Shown piece after piece: positions 14,673 to 27,389 of a DNA stretch of 64,000 nt. The position numbers were made by a program, and so were the translations under genes. Each line of letters begins with the position of its first letter. The stretch's first letter is position 1. The notes beneath the pieces are model-generated. The model searched no databases and was not told where the DNA came from. It was given only the letters and a program-made list of their open reading frames with translations. The DNA is from Azolla caroliniana. Taxonomy: Eukaryota > Plantae > Polypodiophyta. Location: the NCBI GenBank assembly GCA_043228905.1, contig JBHGNT010000006.1:9362001-9426000 (forward strand), written 5' to 3'.

Positions 14673-16577
14673 AAGAATAGAACTACAAGGACACGATTGG
14701 CAAACGCAAAAGAGCAAATATCATTAACTCGTGTTGTTCACCTTGAATTCATTCAAGATTAACTCAACTATTTATACTAAGTGGCATGCATACCTATTGC
14801 ACGCATGTGATAGAATAGAGCATGTATGCATGCATGCATGTGCCAAGTGTAAATAATACGAGGCAACAATTATGCACATGATGCTAGCTTAAAACTACAA
14901 GGAACAATTATTCCCAAGACTGTATAATGGATATGTTGGTTAACACATAACACTCAATTATAACATTGTCATGTCGAGAGTTCGAATCTTCACATAGTTT
15001 GATCGTGATGTTATCCCCCTTGTTTAGTGCTGACCTCCAGGTGGCATAGGCTTGTGTGGATAGCGGAGGTGCAAAGCACGAGCTACCTCGACTACATTTT
15101 TTAAATGGTGTTCAGGTTCCCAAGTAGCTTAAGGTATCGGGTATCCCTTCCAGCGTACCAGATAATAGAAGCTTGGAGTCAAGGATTTCGTGATGAGGTC
15201 CCATACTAAGCTCTAGTGGAATCGTTTCTTCTATGATGGCACTCGACATGAGTGGTTGTACGTTGATAACCTCGACTAGAATAGGCTTTGTTTTGACGAC
15301 CTTAGGGATGGAGTGTGTATGGCCAAAGAGCATGTCCATAAAACATGTCGTGGCTCCAGAATCAGGTAGGGTGGTGGTGCGTATCACCCGAGTCCCTATC
15401 TACAAGCTCATCGGTACCGTAAAACCATTTCGAGATGGCACCTCATGAGTAGAGCTGATCATTCAACTGATGGAGCCCAACTACATAAGTTGTTACTGCA
15501 CATCCTTCCGTTTCTTGGTACACGACTACCTTTCATCAAGCAAAAGGCAGCAAGATGTCCGAACACGCCACAGTAGAAACACAAGTTGTTGTCTCGTCGA
15601 TGTTGTCGTTCTGCACATGGACAACAATTGGGGCCCCACTTTATCCACCTCCATCGGCGTAGGTAAATCAATGGTTGGGACTTGGTTAGGGACATATGGC
15701 GGGGTTGGAGATTGAGAGGAAGAAGGTCAGAAGGAAGACGACCCAAGCCTTACTACCTGGGCCGTACGCTCCTCTTGAAAGAGGTAGTTATCACAACGTA
15801 CCGCCTGTGTTATCGCTTCGTTCAACGAGGTTGGCTCTGGAAAATTTAGTAATAAATTCTTCACGTCATCTCTCAATCCCCGATGAAATTGATCACGTAG
15901 GGCTTGGTCACCCCACCCCACATCACAAGCAAGTTGGCAGAACTCGGAGGTGTAGGTGGAGGCCGCGCGATTACCTTGTTGTAGGGAATAGATCTTCGTG
16001 AGCATAACTCATCGTTGGTCTGTCTCCCTGAAAGTAGCTTCAAACTTAGTGAGAAAGGCTGGGAAATCTTCCATAAGTGGTGATATCGTTTCCACTAAGG
16101 GAGCGAACCACGCCTCCGTTAGTCCCGTTAGTAGTGAACCCAAGAGACCAACCTAGTGGGAACCTGTGGCGTAATGACGAGGCTATAGGTAGATGATGAC
16201 ACATATTTGATTAAGGAAGTTGTGTAGTCATGAGCACGTTCCATCGAACTTATCGGGAAGGCTGACCTTGGGTTCATAGTAGGGTTTTTGGTATGGTGAC
16301 GGTGGGTTGAGTGTGGTGGTTGGGGTAACCGAGAATGTGGACAAACTGAAGCTCAAGTAAAGATTGACATGGTAGCATTATCGGCTTGGAGTTGCTCCAA
16401 AGCTGCGAGTATTTGAGGTAGGGTATCAAAAGGATCAGACATGGCTTTTGATGTGCGGTTAACGAAGGGGAGGATATAGCGAAAAAGAAGGTGAACAAAC
16501 TATCACGAATAGAAGAAGAATGGAACTACAAGAACATGTTTGGCAAGCGCAAAAGAGCAAACATCGTTAACTGGTGT
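14673..16577 (-). mobile_element. Internally deleted chromovirus (Tcn1-like Gypsy): partial 5' LTR, gag, protease fused to chromodomain remnant, PPT, near-complete 3' LTR
   Basis: Gag LQQGNRAASTYTSEF..WGDQALRDQFHRGL; knuckle CFYCGVFGHLAAFC; protease LPDSGATTCFMD; chromodomain remnant YYLVRWKGYP..ATWEPEHHL (about 15105-15165); PPT AAGGGGGA about 15014-15021. LTR 14673 to about 15010 is homologous to the LTRs at 19955 and 21395. Confidence 0.85.
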
Positions 16578-17808
16578 AACCACAAATTGATTTCCATAGA
16601 CATAGTGCCTCCATGTTTTCACTGCATGGATTATCGTTGTTGTGATGACGCGTGTGCATGTGCTACTTGAGTGGGACCACATAGGTCTTAAAATAGGGAG
16701 TTGAAAGATGGAGGAGACGAAAATGGGTAAACCGAAGGAAATGACTAGATTAAGTTGATGGGACTAGTCAAAGAAGATCTAGTTGAATGTATGTTTTAGT
16801 TAGACACTCACTTTCGTTGGCCACTCATTGTAGTCGAGCCTTGTCTAGTCAAACGCGTGCTCGACTAGTTGAATGCTTGCTTTCTAGTCGAATGATCATT
16901 GTAGTTGAGCGTTCGCTTGATCGAACATTCAATTGATTAGTTTGAGTGTTTGTTTACTTGAGGAGCTAGCCGGAGGGACTAGTCAAAGGAGATGCAAGTT
17001 GTGTGTATGCAATATAAATGAGGAGATTCAAAAAATATGCAAACAAAATGAATACTTGAAATTTTGATTGGAAGAATATTATCCAAGAACGCATCTCATG
17101 TCCTTACCCCTCTAGACATATGAGATGCGGTTCAAGATTTGATAACTATGCTAACACTACGGTGTTTTAAAAACCATGGGGAAAATATAGCTAGCATGTC
17201 TTTCTCGGTTCTCGATCTTGAATAATCATGGTGGCTCCCTATGGCTCAATCATGGTGACTCCCCAAGGCTCAACCATGGTTCTAGCATCAACGTAATTTC
17301 CTAAATAGCCTTATATTAAATTGCCAACCCAACATGTATAGGTATGGTCGAGAAAGTGTATTATGTGCAAAAAGAGCTACACTCGCAAGTAGTATTGTAA
17401 TTTTGCGAGTTACAAGCAAATGTTATGAGAAAAGAGATAAAAATAAGCCACTACCTATATGAGACAAGCAATGACGAAAACAAAGATCAAAATACCATGT
17501 GTTACCTACTAAAAAAAATTGCGACAAATAAATGGAGGGTGCTATGTATGCACATATCCATGCAAATATTCTGATAGTGATTTGCAAAATTGCAAACATA
17601 AGGGCACGAATTGAGACAAGTGGTGGTGGTGTTGTGTGCAAGATGTAATACTCAAATCTATGTGTAAAACATCATAGGTGAACTCATGTGTTTTAATCAA
17701 GTTCTAAGGTTGGATTATGTGAAAGATATTGTGCGGAAGCTAAGACAAAACCGGCTAGTCCAGATAACAACAAAACACAGAATGAAGGTTTAATGGAAAG
17801 CTTGAATA

Positions 17809-17847
<39 letters not shown>

Positions 17848-19954
17848 AGAACATCATAAACTCAATTAAAAAATAATAGTACTCTGTACATACAATGTCC
17901 TATTGAACACTTTTTATACAAGTCCTTGAAAGGATCAACAGAAGTACTGACATGTACTTCGATGCTCATATGAGTGACTCACTCTAACTCCCAAAAATAT
18001 GCCTACATACTAAGCTAGATCCGTAGGCCTCTAACGGTCTACCGGTTCATCCTGATCCCAACTACAATCTGGCTCTCCGATCCGGCTCTAGGTTCTGGAC
18101 ACCAATCCGAGTACTTAACCGGTTCTCCGTTCCGGATACTGATCCGGATCTAGTTGAGCTTGCCCGCTCAACACCCCCCTTCAAGCTCAACTTGAGGTCG
18201 GATCGTAGTGGCTATGTCTGTGTCTACCAGTCCTTTCCTCCAGCTCCCCCTAGCGTCCTCCCACTTGGCTCACGCTCCTCGTCCGGTCCGGTCCTACTTT
18301 CCTTGACCCATTTGGTTTTGCGCACCTCGACCTTATCGGTCGGCTCGTCTGCTCCCTCGGCCCTTGGCCTTTAGATGATTCAGCTCTTCTGAATCGAACA
18401 TCCCGACCGAATAGGTTGTCTCCAATTCGTTCCAGCTCTTGTCTGAATTGGCTATCTCCAACTCGTCCTCAATCTACAGACCCTTCACAACATCGGACCA
18501 CGTCCGTGTCTTGGTCTTCTTGCCCTTCTTGGTGTTACCTCCCCTTTTTCGGTTGGGTTTGGCTCCTGCTTCCCTTTGTGGTCGCTCCCCCTGCGTCTGA
18601 CAAGCCTCCACTTGTCCGTTCTATCAACACATGTCCATCCGGCCTCAGCTTCTTCAGTCGATCCGTGCACTCCGACTTCTTCAGTTGGGCCGAAATCAAA
18701 TTCAGTATCCGATTCGGCTTCCTGAACATCTTCTTTCTCAGCTTGATTCCGCATTTCGTTTTGACCATCTCTCCCCCTTTCTTCCTCCCCCTCAAGTTTG
18801 GCAAATCGAGGTGTTGCACACCAAGCATGCCCGAAAATTGCCATAACTTGTCAAAACCTAAGAGCTTGGTAAAGATATCGGTTGCCTGCCGATCTGGACA
18901 TACACCAATTCAACTTCACCGGAGAGGACACGCTCACGAACAAAATGGTAGTGCACCTCAATGTGCTTGGTCCGGGCATGGAAAACAAGATTTTTTGCCA
19001 ACTGGATGTTGTTGAGGTTATCACAGGAGATCATTGTCGGATTGGATACCTCCATCTTTAGATCCTTTAGTAGTCTCTTGAGCCATACGGCTTCGCATGT
19101 CGCGAAAACTGCTCCTCGATACTCGGACTCGGTGCTCAATAGTGTTACTGTCAGCTACTTCTACTGCTCCAGGCGACCACAACGCTTCCAAGTGAAAACA
19201 CATATTCGGAAGTTGACCGTTGATCGCCGACGTTTCCAGGCCAATCAACATCCATATAGCCAACTAATTGTTCGTCAATACCAGTCTGATACAGTAACCC
19301 CCTGTCATTAGTGTCGTAGACATATCTGAGTATATGGTGTGCTCACTGAAGGTGCTCCACGGTCGGATGCGCCATAAATTGACAAATCAATCCGACTAGA
19401 TAGCGGAGGTTCGACCAGGTGATGGTCAAATAGATAAGGCTTTCGACTATTTGTTGGAACCTTTTCGGGTCACATATCGTTTCGGAGTTGGGGCGAAGCT
19501 TCACTTCACATTCCGGTTTAGAGGAGTTGAGACAGATTTGCATTCTGTCATACCGAATTTGAAGAGCATACTCAACACATAGTGGCGTTGACTGATTAGT
19601 ATGCCTTCTGGGGTGCAGATCACTTTGATCCCAAGGAAGTAATGAAGGTCCCCGAGATCCTTCATTTCGAACGATTGTCGCGAGGTCAAACTTGACATGC
19701 TCGATTTCTTCTAGGTCGCTGTCGGCGATGACTAAATCATCAACATAAAGCAAAATGCTTATCGGCTCGTGCCGGCCTTGCCGGATGAAAAGTGAAGAGT
19801 CGGATTTCAACGGAGCAAACCCCATCCGACACAGTCTTTGGTGATTTTCGCGTTCCAAGCGCACAAGTTTGCTTGAGTACGTAGAGGGACTTCTTCAATT
19901 GGCATACAATCAATGTGTTCACTCCGGACTGAAATCCGGGGGCTTGAACCATAT

Positions 19955-21821
19955 TGTCAAGAGTCGAATTCTTGATATGACGATGTTATAATCGAGTGTT
20001 ATGTGTTAACCACACATCTAGCATATAATCATGTATATACTTCCTCATTGTAGGTTTTAGCTAGCATCATGTGCATAATTTCTCCCTTGTATTATTAACA
20101 CTTGGCACATGCATGCGTACCTACTGCCTACATGCTCTATTGTATCACATGTGTGCAACAGGCATGCATGCCACTTAGTATAAATAGTTGAGTTCACCTT
20201 GAAGGAATTCAAGGTGAACAATGCCAGTCATGGACATATCAATCTAGTATTCTCGTTTCACCCAATCTTATCTCCTTAATCTTCATCTCTATCTTTATGC
20301 TATTGTGTCATTCCGTCATCGCTCTGTCGTAGCCTCATCATCCGTGCTCCGTCTTAGTCCGCGCTTGGTGTGTCCGTGACAGTTTGTTCACCTTCCAACT
20401 AGAAGTATCACCCGTCTCTGTCATCAGCCTTGCTTCTAGAGTTACCATCATCACCGTACCATCATCAACATCGCTGCATTTCCTATCTACCTCGCCATTT
20501 CTTTCTCCTAGTTTCTGCTCATAAATTTCATTCGCTTTTAGTTCTCCTCATCATTGTCTCTATTTTTTAGTTACTTTCCCGTTGGTGTTCATGTTCCAGT
20601 TCCCGGTGAGGGCCGCACAAGGTCGCTCACTCCCGTTGGTGTTTGTGTTCCAGTTCCCGGTGAGGGCCACATGGTCGCTCACGCTTGTTCGTGTTCGAGT
20701 TCCCGGTGAGGGCCGCATGGTCGCTCACGCCCGTTCGTGTTCCTGTTCCCGGCGAGGGCCGCACATGGCCGCTCACTCCCGTTCGTGTTCCTGTTCCCGG
20801 TGAGGGCCGCATGGTCGCTCACTCCTGTTCATGTTCTAGTCTCCGGTGAGGACCGCACATGGCCACTCACTCCAACTATTGTTCGTGTTCCAGATCCCGG
20901 TGAGGACCGACATGGTCGCTCATGCCCATTGTTGTTCATGTTTCAGTTCTCGGTGAGGACCACACATGGTCGATTACTCCCATTCATGTTCCTGTTCCCA
21001 GTGAGGGCCACATGGTCGCTCACTCGTTCGTGTTCCATTTCTCTGTGAGGACAACATGGTTGCTCACGCCCGTTGGTGTTCGTGTTCCAACTCTCAGCGA
21101 GGACCATTCCAGTTCCCGGCAAAGACCCCACATGGTTACTCATGCCCCTTGGTGTTCATGCTCCCCATGAGGACCATACATGGTCACTCACACCCGTTGA
21201 TATTTGTGTTCCAGTTCTAGGCGAGGACCACACATGGTCGCTCATGCTCGTTGGTGTTAAATACCTCGTCTTGTGGAAGGGTTACTCCTTGTCTAGGATT
21301 TACAAAATACTTTGGAGGTGATCTAAGATTTTCATCAACAATATCCCCTTAAGCCGACAAACGATTTGGGAAGGCATCGTTGGAGGGGGGAGAATGTCAA
21401 GCTTCGAACTCTTGACATGAAGATGTTATAATCGAGTGTTATGTGTTAACCACACATCTAGCATATAATCATGTATATACTTCCTCGTTGTAGGTTTTAG
21501 CTAGCATCATGTGCATAATTTCTCCCTTGTATTATTAACACTTGGCACATGCATGCCTACCTACTGCCTACATGCTCTATTGTATCACATGCGTGCAACA
21601 GGTATGCATGCCACTTAGTATAAATAGTTGAGTTCACCTTGAAGGAATTCAAGGTGAACAACGCCAGTCATGGACATATCAATCTAGTATTCTCGTTTCG
21701 CCCAATCTTATCTCCTTAATCTTCATCTCTATCTTTATGCTATTGTGTCATTCCGTCATCGCTCCGTCGTAGCCTCATCATCCATGCTCCGTCTTAGTCC
21801 GCGCTTGGTGTGTCTATGACA
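19955..21821 (+). mobile_element. Non-autonomous chromovirus derivative (TRIM/LARD-like) inserted in Copia A RT
   Basis: 427-bp LTRs at 19955-20381 and 21395-21821 (TG...CA); TSD CATAT; PPT GGAGGGGGGAGAA; chromodomain remnant VKYLVLWKGY at about 21256-21285. Confidence 0.93.
20578..21260 (+). repeat. Minisatellite with a unit of about 50-60 bp and about 12 copies inside the TRIM-like element
   Basis: Unit approximately GTTCCCGGTGAGGGCCGCA(CA)TGGTCGCTCACTCCCGTT(GGTGTT)CGTGTTCC, diverging toward the 3' end. Confidence 0.9.
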
Positions 21822-24420
21822 CATATACATCAGGTTGACCATTCCGGCTCAACCAGTCCAGATTCGGTCCATTCATCCGGAGAGAAGACAAACTATCCGG
21901 ATGTTCGGATTCCGCGATGCTTTTCCCTATTTCGGATTCCACCGGATCATCAACAGCAATCGGTTCGGGCTCGAGCTCAGGTGGAGAGAAGTACCAAGAT
22001 GCCGATTCATCGAAAACGACATCTCGGCTAACTCGGACCGCATTCGATCGGGGGTTATAACATTTAAAACCCTTTTTCTCATCCGAGTAACTGACGAGAA
22101 TGTACTTTTCGGCTTTCGCGTCTAACTTCCTCCGTCTTTCCTTCACATGCACATATGCAATGCTACCAAACACCCGAAGGTGTGCCAAATTCGGCTTCCG
22201 CTCGAAACACAATTTGTGTGATGACACCTTTGTCCTTGAGGCAGATATCCGATTTTGGATGTAGACGGCTATTTGAATTGCTTCGGCCCAATAAAACTTG
22301 GGCATGCTTTTCTCCTCAAGCATCGCCCTTGTCGCTTCTACCAACGTCCTATTCCGATGCTCAACTACGTTGTTCTGCTCCGGCATGTATCTGCAGGAGA
22401 ACTCCCGTCTTATTCCCTTTGTTTGCAAATAACTTGTGAATTGGTCGGAAAAGTATTCTTTTCCGCCATCCAATCTCAGGCACGTGATCTTTCTTCTGGT
22501 CTCGCGTTCGACATGATACTTTAGGTCCTAAAAGCACGAGAAGACTTCATTCTTCTTCTCGATCAAATAGAGCCAAGTGTGTCGATTGAAATCATCAATG
22601 AAGGAGATGAAATACCGACTCTCACTGATACTCACGTTTTGTGTCGGTCCCCACACATCCGAGTGGATAAGATCAAGTCGATTCCGGCTTCGATTCTTCT
22701 CACTGGGGAATGGAAGCCTATACTCCTTCCCGAGTTCGCACGCTTTATGAATTTTGCCTTTCCGGCCACTAAACTTTGGCAGTTCGGAAACCACGTGTTT
22801 GACTGTAGCTCGTGAAGCTTCTGGAAGTTGATGTGGCCGATCCTATGCCACAGGTCGATGTCCAACTCGACCTTCTACCCTTTCGTGAACATAGCGGTGC
22901 CGACATCATTCGTTTTGAGGATAAACATTCTCCTGTCGTCGTGCCCTTGCGTGATGACTTTGCCCTCTTATTCGATGAAACACCCGAGGTGTGTGAACCG
23001 AATGTGCATCCCTTAATTGACAATCTGTCCAACTGACACTAGATTCTTTGTGATTGTCGGGACGTGCATGACGTTCATAAGCTTTCCCTTTTGCCCGACA
23101 TGGTTGAGGGGGACCTCACCGATGTGCTCAATGGTATGCGAGGTGTCATCTCCGGTTTTGACCACCTCCGGTTGTTCTAGATAAGAGAACCACTCTGCAT
23201 GGCTTGTCATATGGTTTGCCGCTCCAGAATCAATGTACCATACCTTGTTCGGTTCCGAGGTGTTTGTCTTCATCAAATTAGCCTTGTGTTTCATGACAAA
23301 GGTTGGGCCCAATCCATCTCCGGAACCGGATCCTTCCTGTCCTTCGACGTAGTGCGAGCTTTGCCGGCTTCCTCACCCGGCCTTGCCGGATCTGGATTTG
23401 TTCGAATCGGTGCGCTTCTTCCAGCACTCACTCTCTTTATGACCCTTTTGGCCATAATACCAACAATTCGTCGCGGTCTTCTCCCGCCGGCTCCCCCTGC
23501 TTGTGGAGGGTTCGGAATTGTTGTCGGCACCATCATTGTGCCTCCAATTTTGCTTCGGCCACTTCCACTGTGTGCCGATCTACCTCGTCTGCCACGACCA
23601 CGGGACCAATCCACCTCCCTGTACATCATCTTGTTGTTGGGGTGTGTGCTCATTGACGCACCCACATGGTTCTCCTCTACTAGGAGCATCAACTGTAAGT
23701 CGAAAAACAAGGGCATATTTTCCCTTGTACAGACCGTCGTCCGAAATGCTCCGAACTTCGACACCATGCCCCCGAGACAGACCTGCAACATCTCATCTTC
23801 CTCGACGGTCACGTTGATGGAGGCACGTGAGTCGCAGATGTCTTTGATCTTGGCCGTGTAGCCGGCCACCTACATGTCCTTCTATTGGACATTGTTCAAC
23901 TCCTATCGGAGTTGTAGCTTCCGGACTGTGGTGCTTGCGGTGAGGACCTTCTTCAAGTTTCCCCAAGCTTCCTTTGGCGTCTTCACGTCCTGGATATGGC
24001 TGAGGAGCTGATGATCGACACGGAACGCAAAGTAGTACATTACCCTGCTTGCCGCTTGTTCCCAATCTGGGAAGTCCCTGTGTGTCGCATCAAGTGCCGT
24101 ATTGTTAACTCCATCGACATAACTCCAGAGCCATGCCCGATCAGGTACTGGTGCATCTTGTACAACCAAGATGCATAGTTGGATCTATCGAGCTTCTCTG
24201 TTGGGAGCAAACTAGCCATTCCTCTGTCCATTCTAACCTTCGTTTTCTATTCTCTACCGAGTATTAGGGTTTGTCTTCGGAAATCGCTCGTTGACTGCAG
24301 AGGTTCTCAACCTTGGCATTCTGATACCATGTGAAAGATATTGTGCGGAAGTTAAGACAAAATCGGTTAGTCTGTATAACAACAGAACACAGAACCAAGG
24401 TTTAATGGAAAGCTTGAATA

Positions 24421-24461
<41 letters not shown>

Positions 24462-24495
24462 AGAACATCATAAACTCAATTAAAAAATAATAATA

Positions 24496-27128
24496 CCCAA
24501 ATCATGTTGGCTGCAAAGCAATTGCCAGTGCGAGTAATTGCTAGATTACATAAAAATATATATATCGATCCTAGTCCACTAATAGTTAATTTTTCATCTC
24601 ATATTTCGGTGTTAGACTCTAAACCTATTGATGACCTGCAGTGGGATCCAGCGGATTATGGTTGGAAATTATCCATATCTGACTCTTCGACTAAGATCCT
24701 TCCTTTTTTCAAATATTCAGTAGCGTTTGGTAGGAATTTTATGTTGAGGCAGACCGAGCCGATACCTGCTGGAAAAAAGTATTGGGAGGAAGGTAATGTT
24801 TCATCTACTCATATGGTTATGTTTTGGAAATAGTTTTGGTCTATTAAATGCATGAATAAGATATTGCATTTTCGGTGGTTGATGATTCATTATGCATTGC
24901 CAATAGGTCATTTATTGAGGGGATCGGTGAGTAATCAGTCATGTATTATGTGTGGGTTTGCGGATGAGACATTGCATCATGCATTTTGGGAATGTGTTTC
25001 CGCAAAAAGTTTTTGGTGTCGAATTCTTAGGCTTCTAGGCCGTAAGTATAAGTCTGCTATTTTTACGTGGGGTGCAGTCTTTTGGGGAATGTTGGATCAA
25101 CAAAGGGCTTTTTATCATTATAATCATTCTTCATTGTCTTTATATGTAAGAAGTTTTCAGGTATATTCTACTTCAGGATCCTTGCATGGAGTCAAGTTCT
25201 TCTCGCGGAGCTATGTTTGGCAGATTGTCTCCTCGTTGTCTCTATGGGTTCTTTGGAAAGCTCGGTGCTCCAAGTTATACAATGATGAAGACATTCACGT
25301 TGTGGATCAGGTAAAGTCTTTTTGGAATTTATTAGTACATTCGGTTAAAGGTGAGTATGACAGGTATAAAGGCTATGGAAACACAACCATTCGAAAAAGA
25401 AAGAGATTACGACGAGTTTGGTCAGCTATTCCTATAATGTTAGATGCAGGCACGGAGGTTAGGTGGAATTATGTGCCACCTCGTTGGTTGTTCCCGCCAC
25501 CAGTACCATTCTTATGGCGAACAACATGAGATAACAGGGAGGAGACGGTGGCGGCATGTATGAAGCCTATTTTAATGCTAGTAAAAGAAGATTTTAGTGG
25601 TATGAGGCAGATTTCATGTGATAATCAGAGACATCGACATGGTGGATGTGGACAGGTTGAAATAGGTTTAAGTTGTTTTGTGATTAGGATGACTGATGGT
25701 GGTGGGGGTTGTCGAAGATTACTAGGAGAAGGTGAGGATTTCTGTTTGTTTTCTACTCGTTTGTTGGTTGTTAGTGTAACAGGATTGTCGAATCGGAGAT
25801 AGTGAGATGGTAGATGGGGACAGGACGAAGCCGTTTTTCTGTTTTTTGTGGTTAGGATGAGTGATGTTGGAGTGGGGGCTGAAGCAGATTATTATGAGAA
25901 GGCGAGGAATGATTTTCGCTCATTTTTTGTTGTGATTACAGGGCTGCGTTAATCGGTGAGATGGAATAGGGGAAGCAAGATACCCTAGATATGGGTTGAC
26001 TTAAGACAGATATTATGGTTCTCATAGGTTGCGGGATGATGGCAGTGGGATTTGAAGCAACTTTGTCATGGTGTGAGGATGAGTGGTGTTGGTGCGAGGG
26101 CTGAAGCAGATCAGGAGGGGAGAGGAATCATTGTTCACTTATTTTGTTGTTAATTACACAGGATATTGGCGGTACTCGGCGAGATGGTGGATGTGGATTG
26201 ATTGAAGCAATTTGTTTGTTTTTAGGAGTGATGATGGTGGGGGGGACAGAAGCAAATCATGAGGGGATGAGGAACCATTATTCACTTGTTTTTGTTGTTT
26301 TTGTATAGGTCAGAGGTGGTATTCGGCGAGATGGTGGATGTGGTTTGACTGAAGCAATTTCTCTGTTTTTAGGAGTGACGATGGTGTGGGGGAACGAAGC
26401 AAATCATGAGGGAATGAGGAACAATTTCTCATTTTTGTTGATTCATTGCACAGGACATTGGTGCTATTCGGCGAGATGGTGGATGTGGACTAAAGGAAGC
26501 AATGTGTCTGTTTTAGGAGTGATGATGGTGGGGGGGATCGAAGCAGCTCATGAGGGGATGAGGAATTTTTTATTTATTTTGTTGTTAATTCCACAGGACA
26601 TTGGTGGCATTCGGCGAGATGGTGGAGGTGGATTGAATGAAGCAATTTGGTTGTTTTTAGGAGTGATGATGGTGAGGGGGCCTAAGCACATCATGAAGGG
26701 AGAGTGAATAAGTTGGGGGGATCGAAGCAAATGGGGTGAGAGGTGGAATTAGTATAGTACATTTCATTTTCATGGTCTGTTTTTTTCTCCCCAACAGTTT
26801 TTACAAATGTTGGAATCACTTCAGATCTGTTTGCAACTGTTTCTGGTGGGATGGTGAATCTTCTTACAGAGACGGAAATCTTCTTACACCTGACACATAT
26901 GATTGGAAAGACGGAGGACATGGAATCTGCAGCAGATCACTGGAATCAATGCTGTGTTTTATGGCTGTTTTTTTCCCAACAGTTTTTACAAATACTAGAA
27001 TCATTTCAGATATACTGGTGGAGATGAAACAATATTATGTACTATTTGTATACTGCCTCCGGGCTTTTTATTAATACCAATGGAGCATATGTTTTATGGT
27101 AAAAATAATAATAATAATAATAATAATA
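24496..27128 (+). mobile_element. 5'-truncated LINE (L1/Tx1-type) inserted in the Copia A 5' LTR
   Basis: ORF2 C-terminus 24504-25529 in one frame with one internal TAG; zf-RVT motif CIMCGFADETLHHAFWEC; about 1.6 kb 3' UTR; (TAA)n tail 27103-27128; target AAAAATAATA present on both sides. Confidence 0.85.
26050..26735 (+). repeat. Tandem repeats of about 145-180 bp in the LINE 3' UTR
   Basis: TTCGGCGAGATGGTGGATGTGG...GAAGCAAT..TTTTAGGAGTGATGATGGTG occurs four times, with degenerate copies upstream. Confidence 0.8.
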
Positions 27129-27389
27129 CTCTGTACATACAATGTCCTATTGAACACTTTTTATACAAGTCCTTGAAACCCAGGGGCTTCACTGTCAAAA
27201 CTTGTATGATAGCACGTGAGTTCATCAAAAGGGGTTTAAATTAGTCACTGAGATACATAATGTATATATATAAGGGTATTAATAAATATTTTGAAAATAT
27301 ATTTACATAAGGGTATTATCAATTATGCTTGAAAATAAAAATTATATAAGCTCATGAAATATTAGATATGTCAATGAGATAGTAAAGAA

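Larger units (their letters stand above)
18858..24231 (-). pseudogene. Copia A gag-pol (gag, PR, GAG-pre-integrase, INT, RT, RNaseH); frameshifted, RT N-terminus deleted
   Basis: KLDRSNYASW, WYIDSGAANHM, LWHRIGHINFQ, LIHSDVWGP, DGGKEY, LLYVDDLVI, HARTKHIEVHYHFVRE. Confidence 0.92.

Noticed and set aside
15500-15525. Frameshift site in the 15-kb chromovirus (A AGA AAC on minus)
   Set aside because: The heptamer is non-canonical and the downstream stem is weak; too decayed to support.
18200-18850. Possible extra (env-like) ORF between Copia A pol and its 3' LTR
   Set aside because: Short ORFs in several frames, purine-rich on minus, with no transmembrane or conserved motif recognisable.
20578-21260. 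CRISPR-like regular repeats
   Set aside because: Tandem minisatellite without unique spacers, inside a plant LTR element, with no cas genes.
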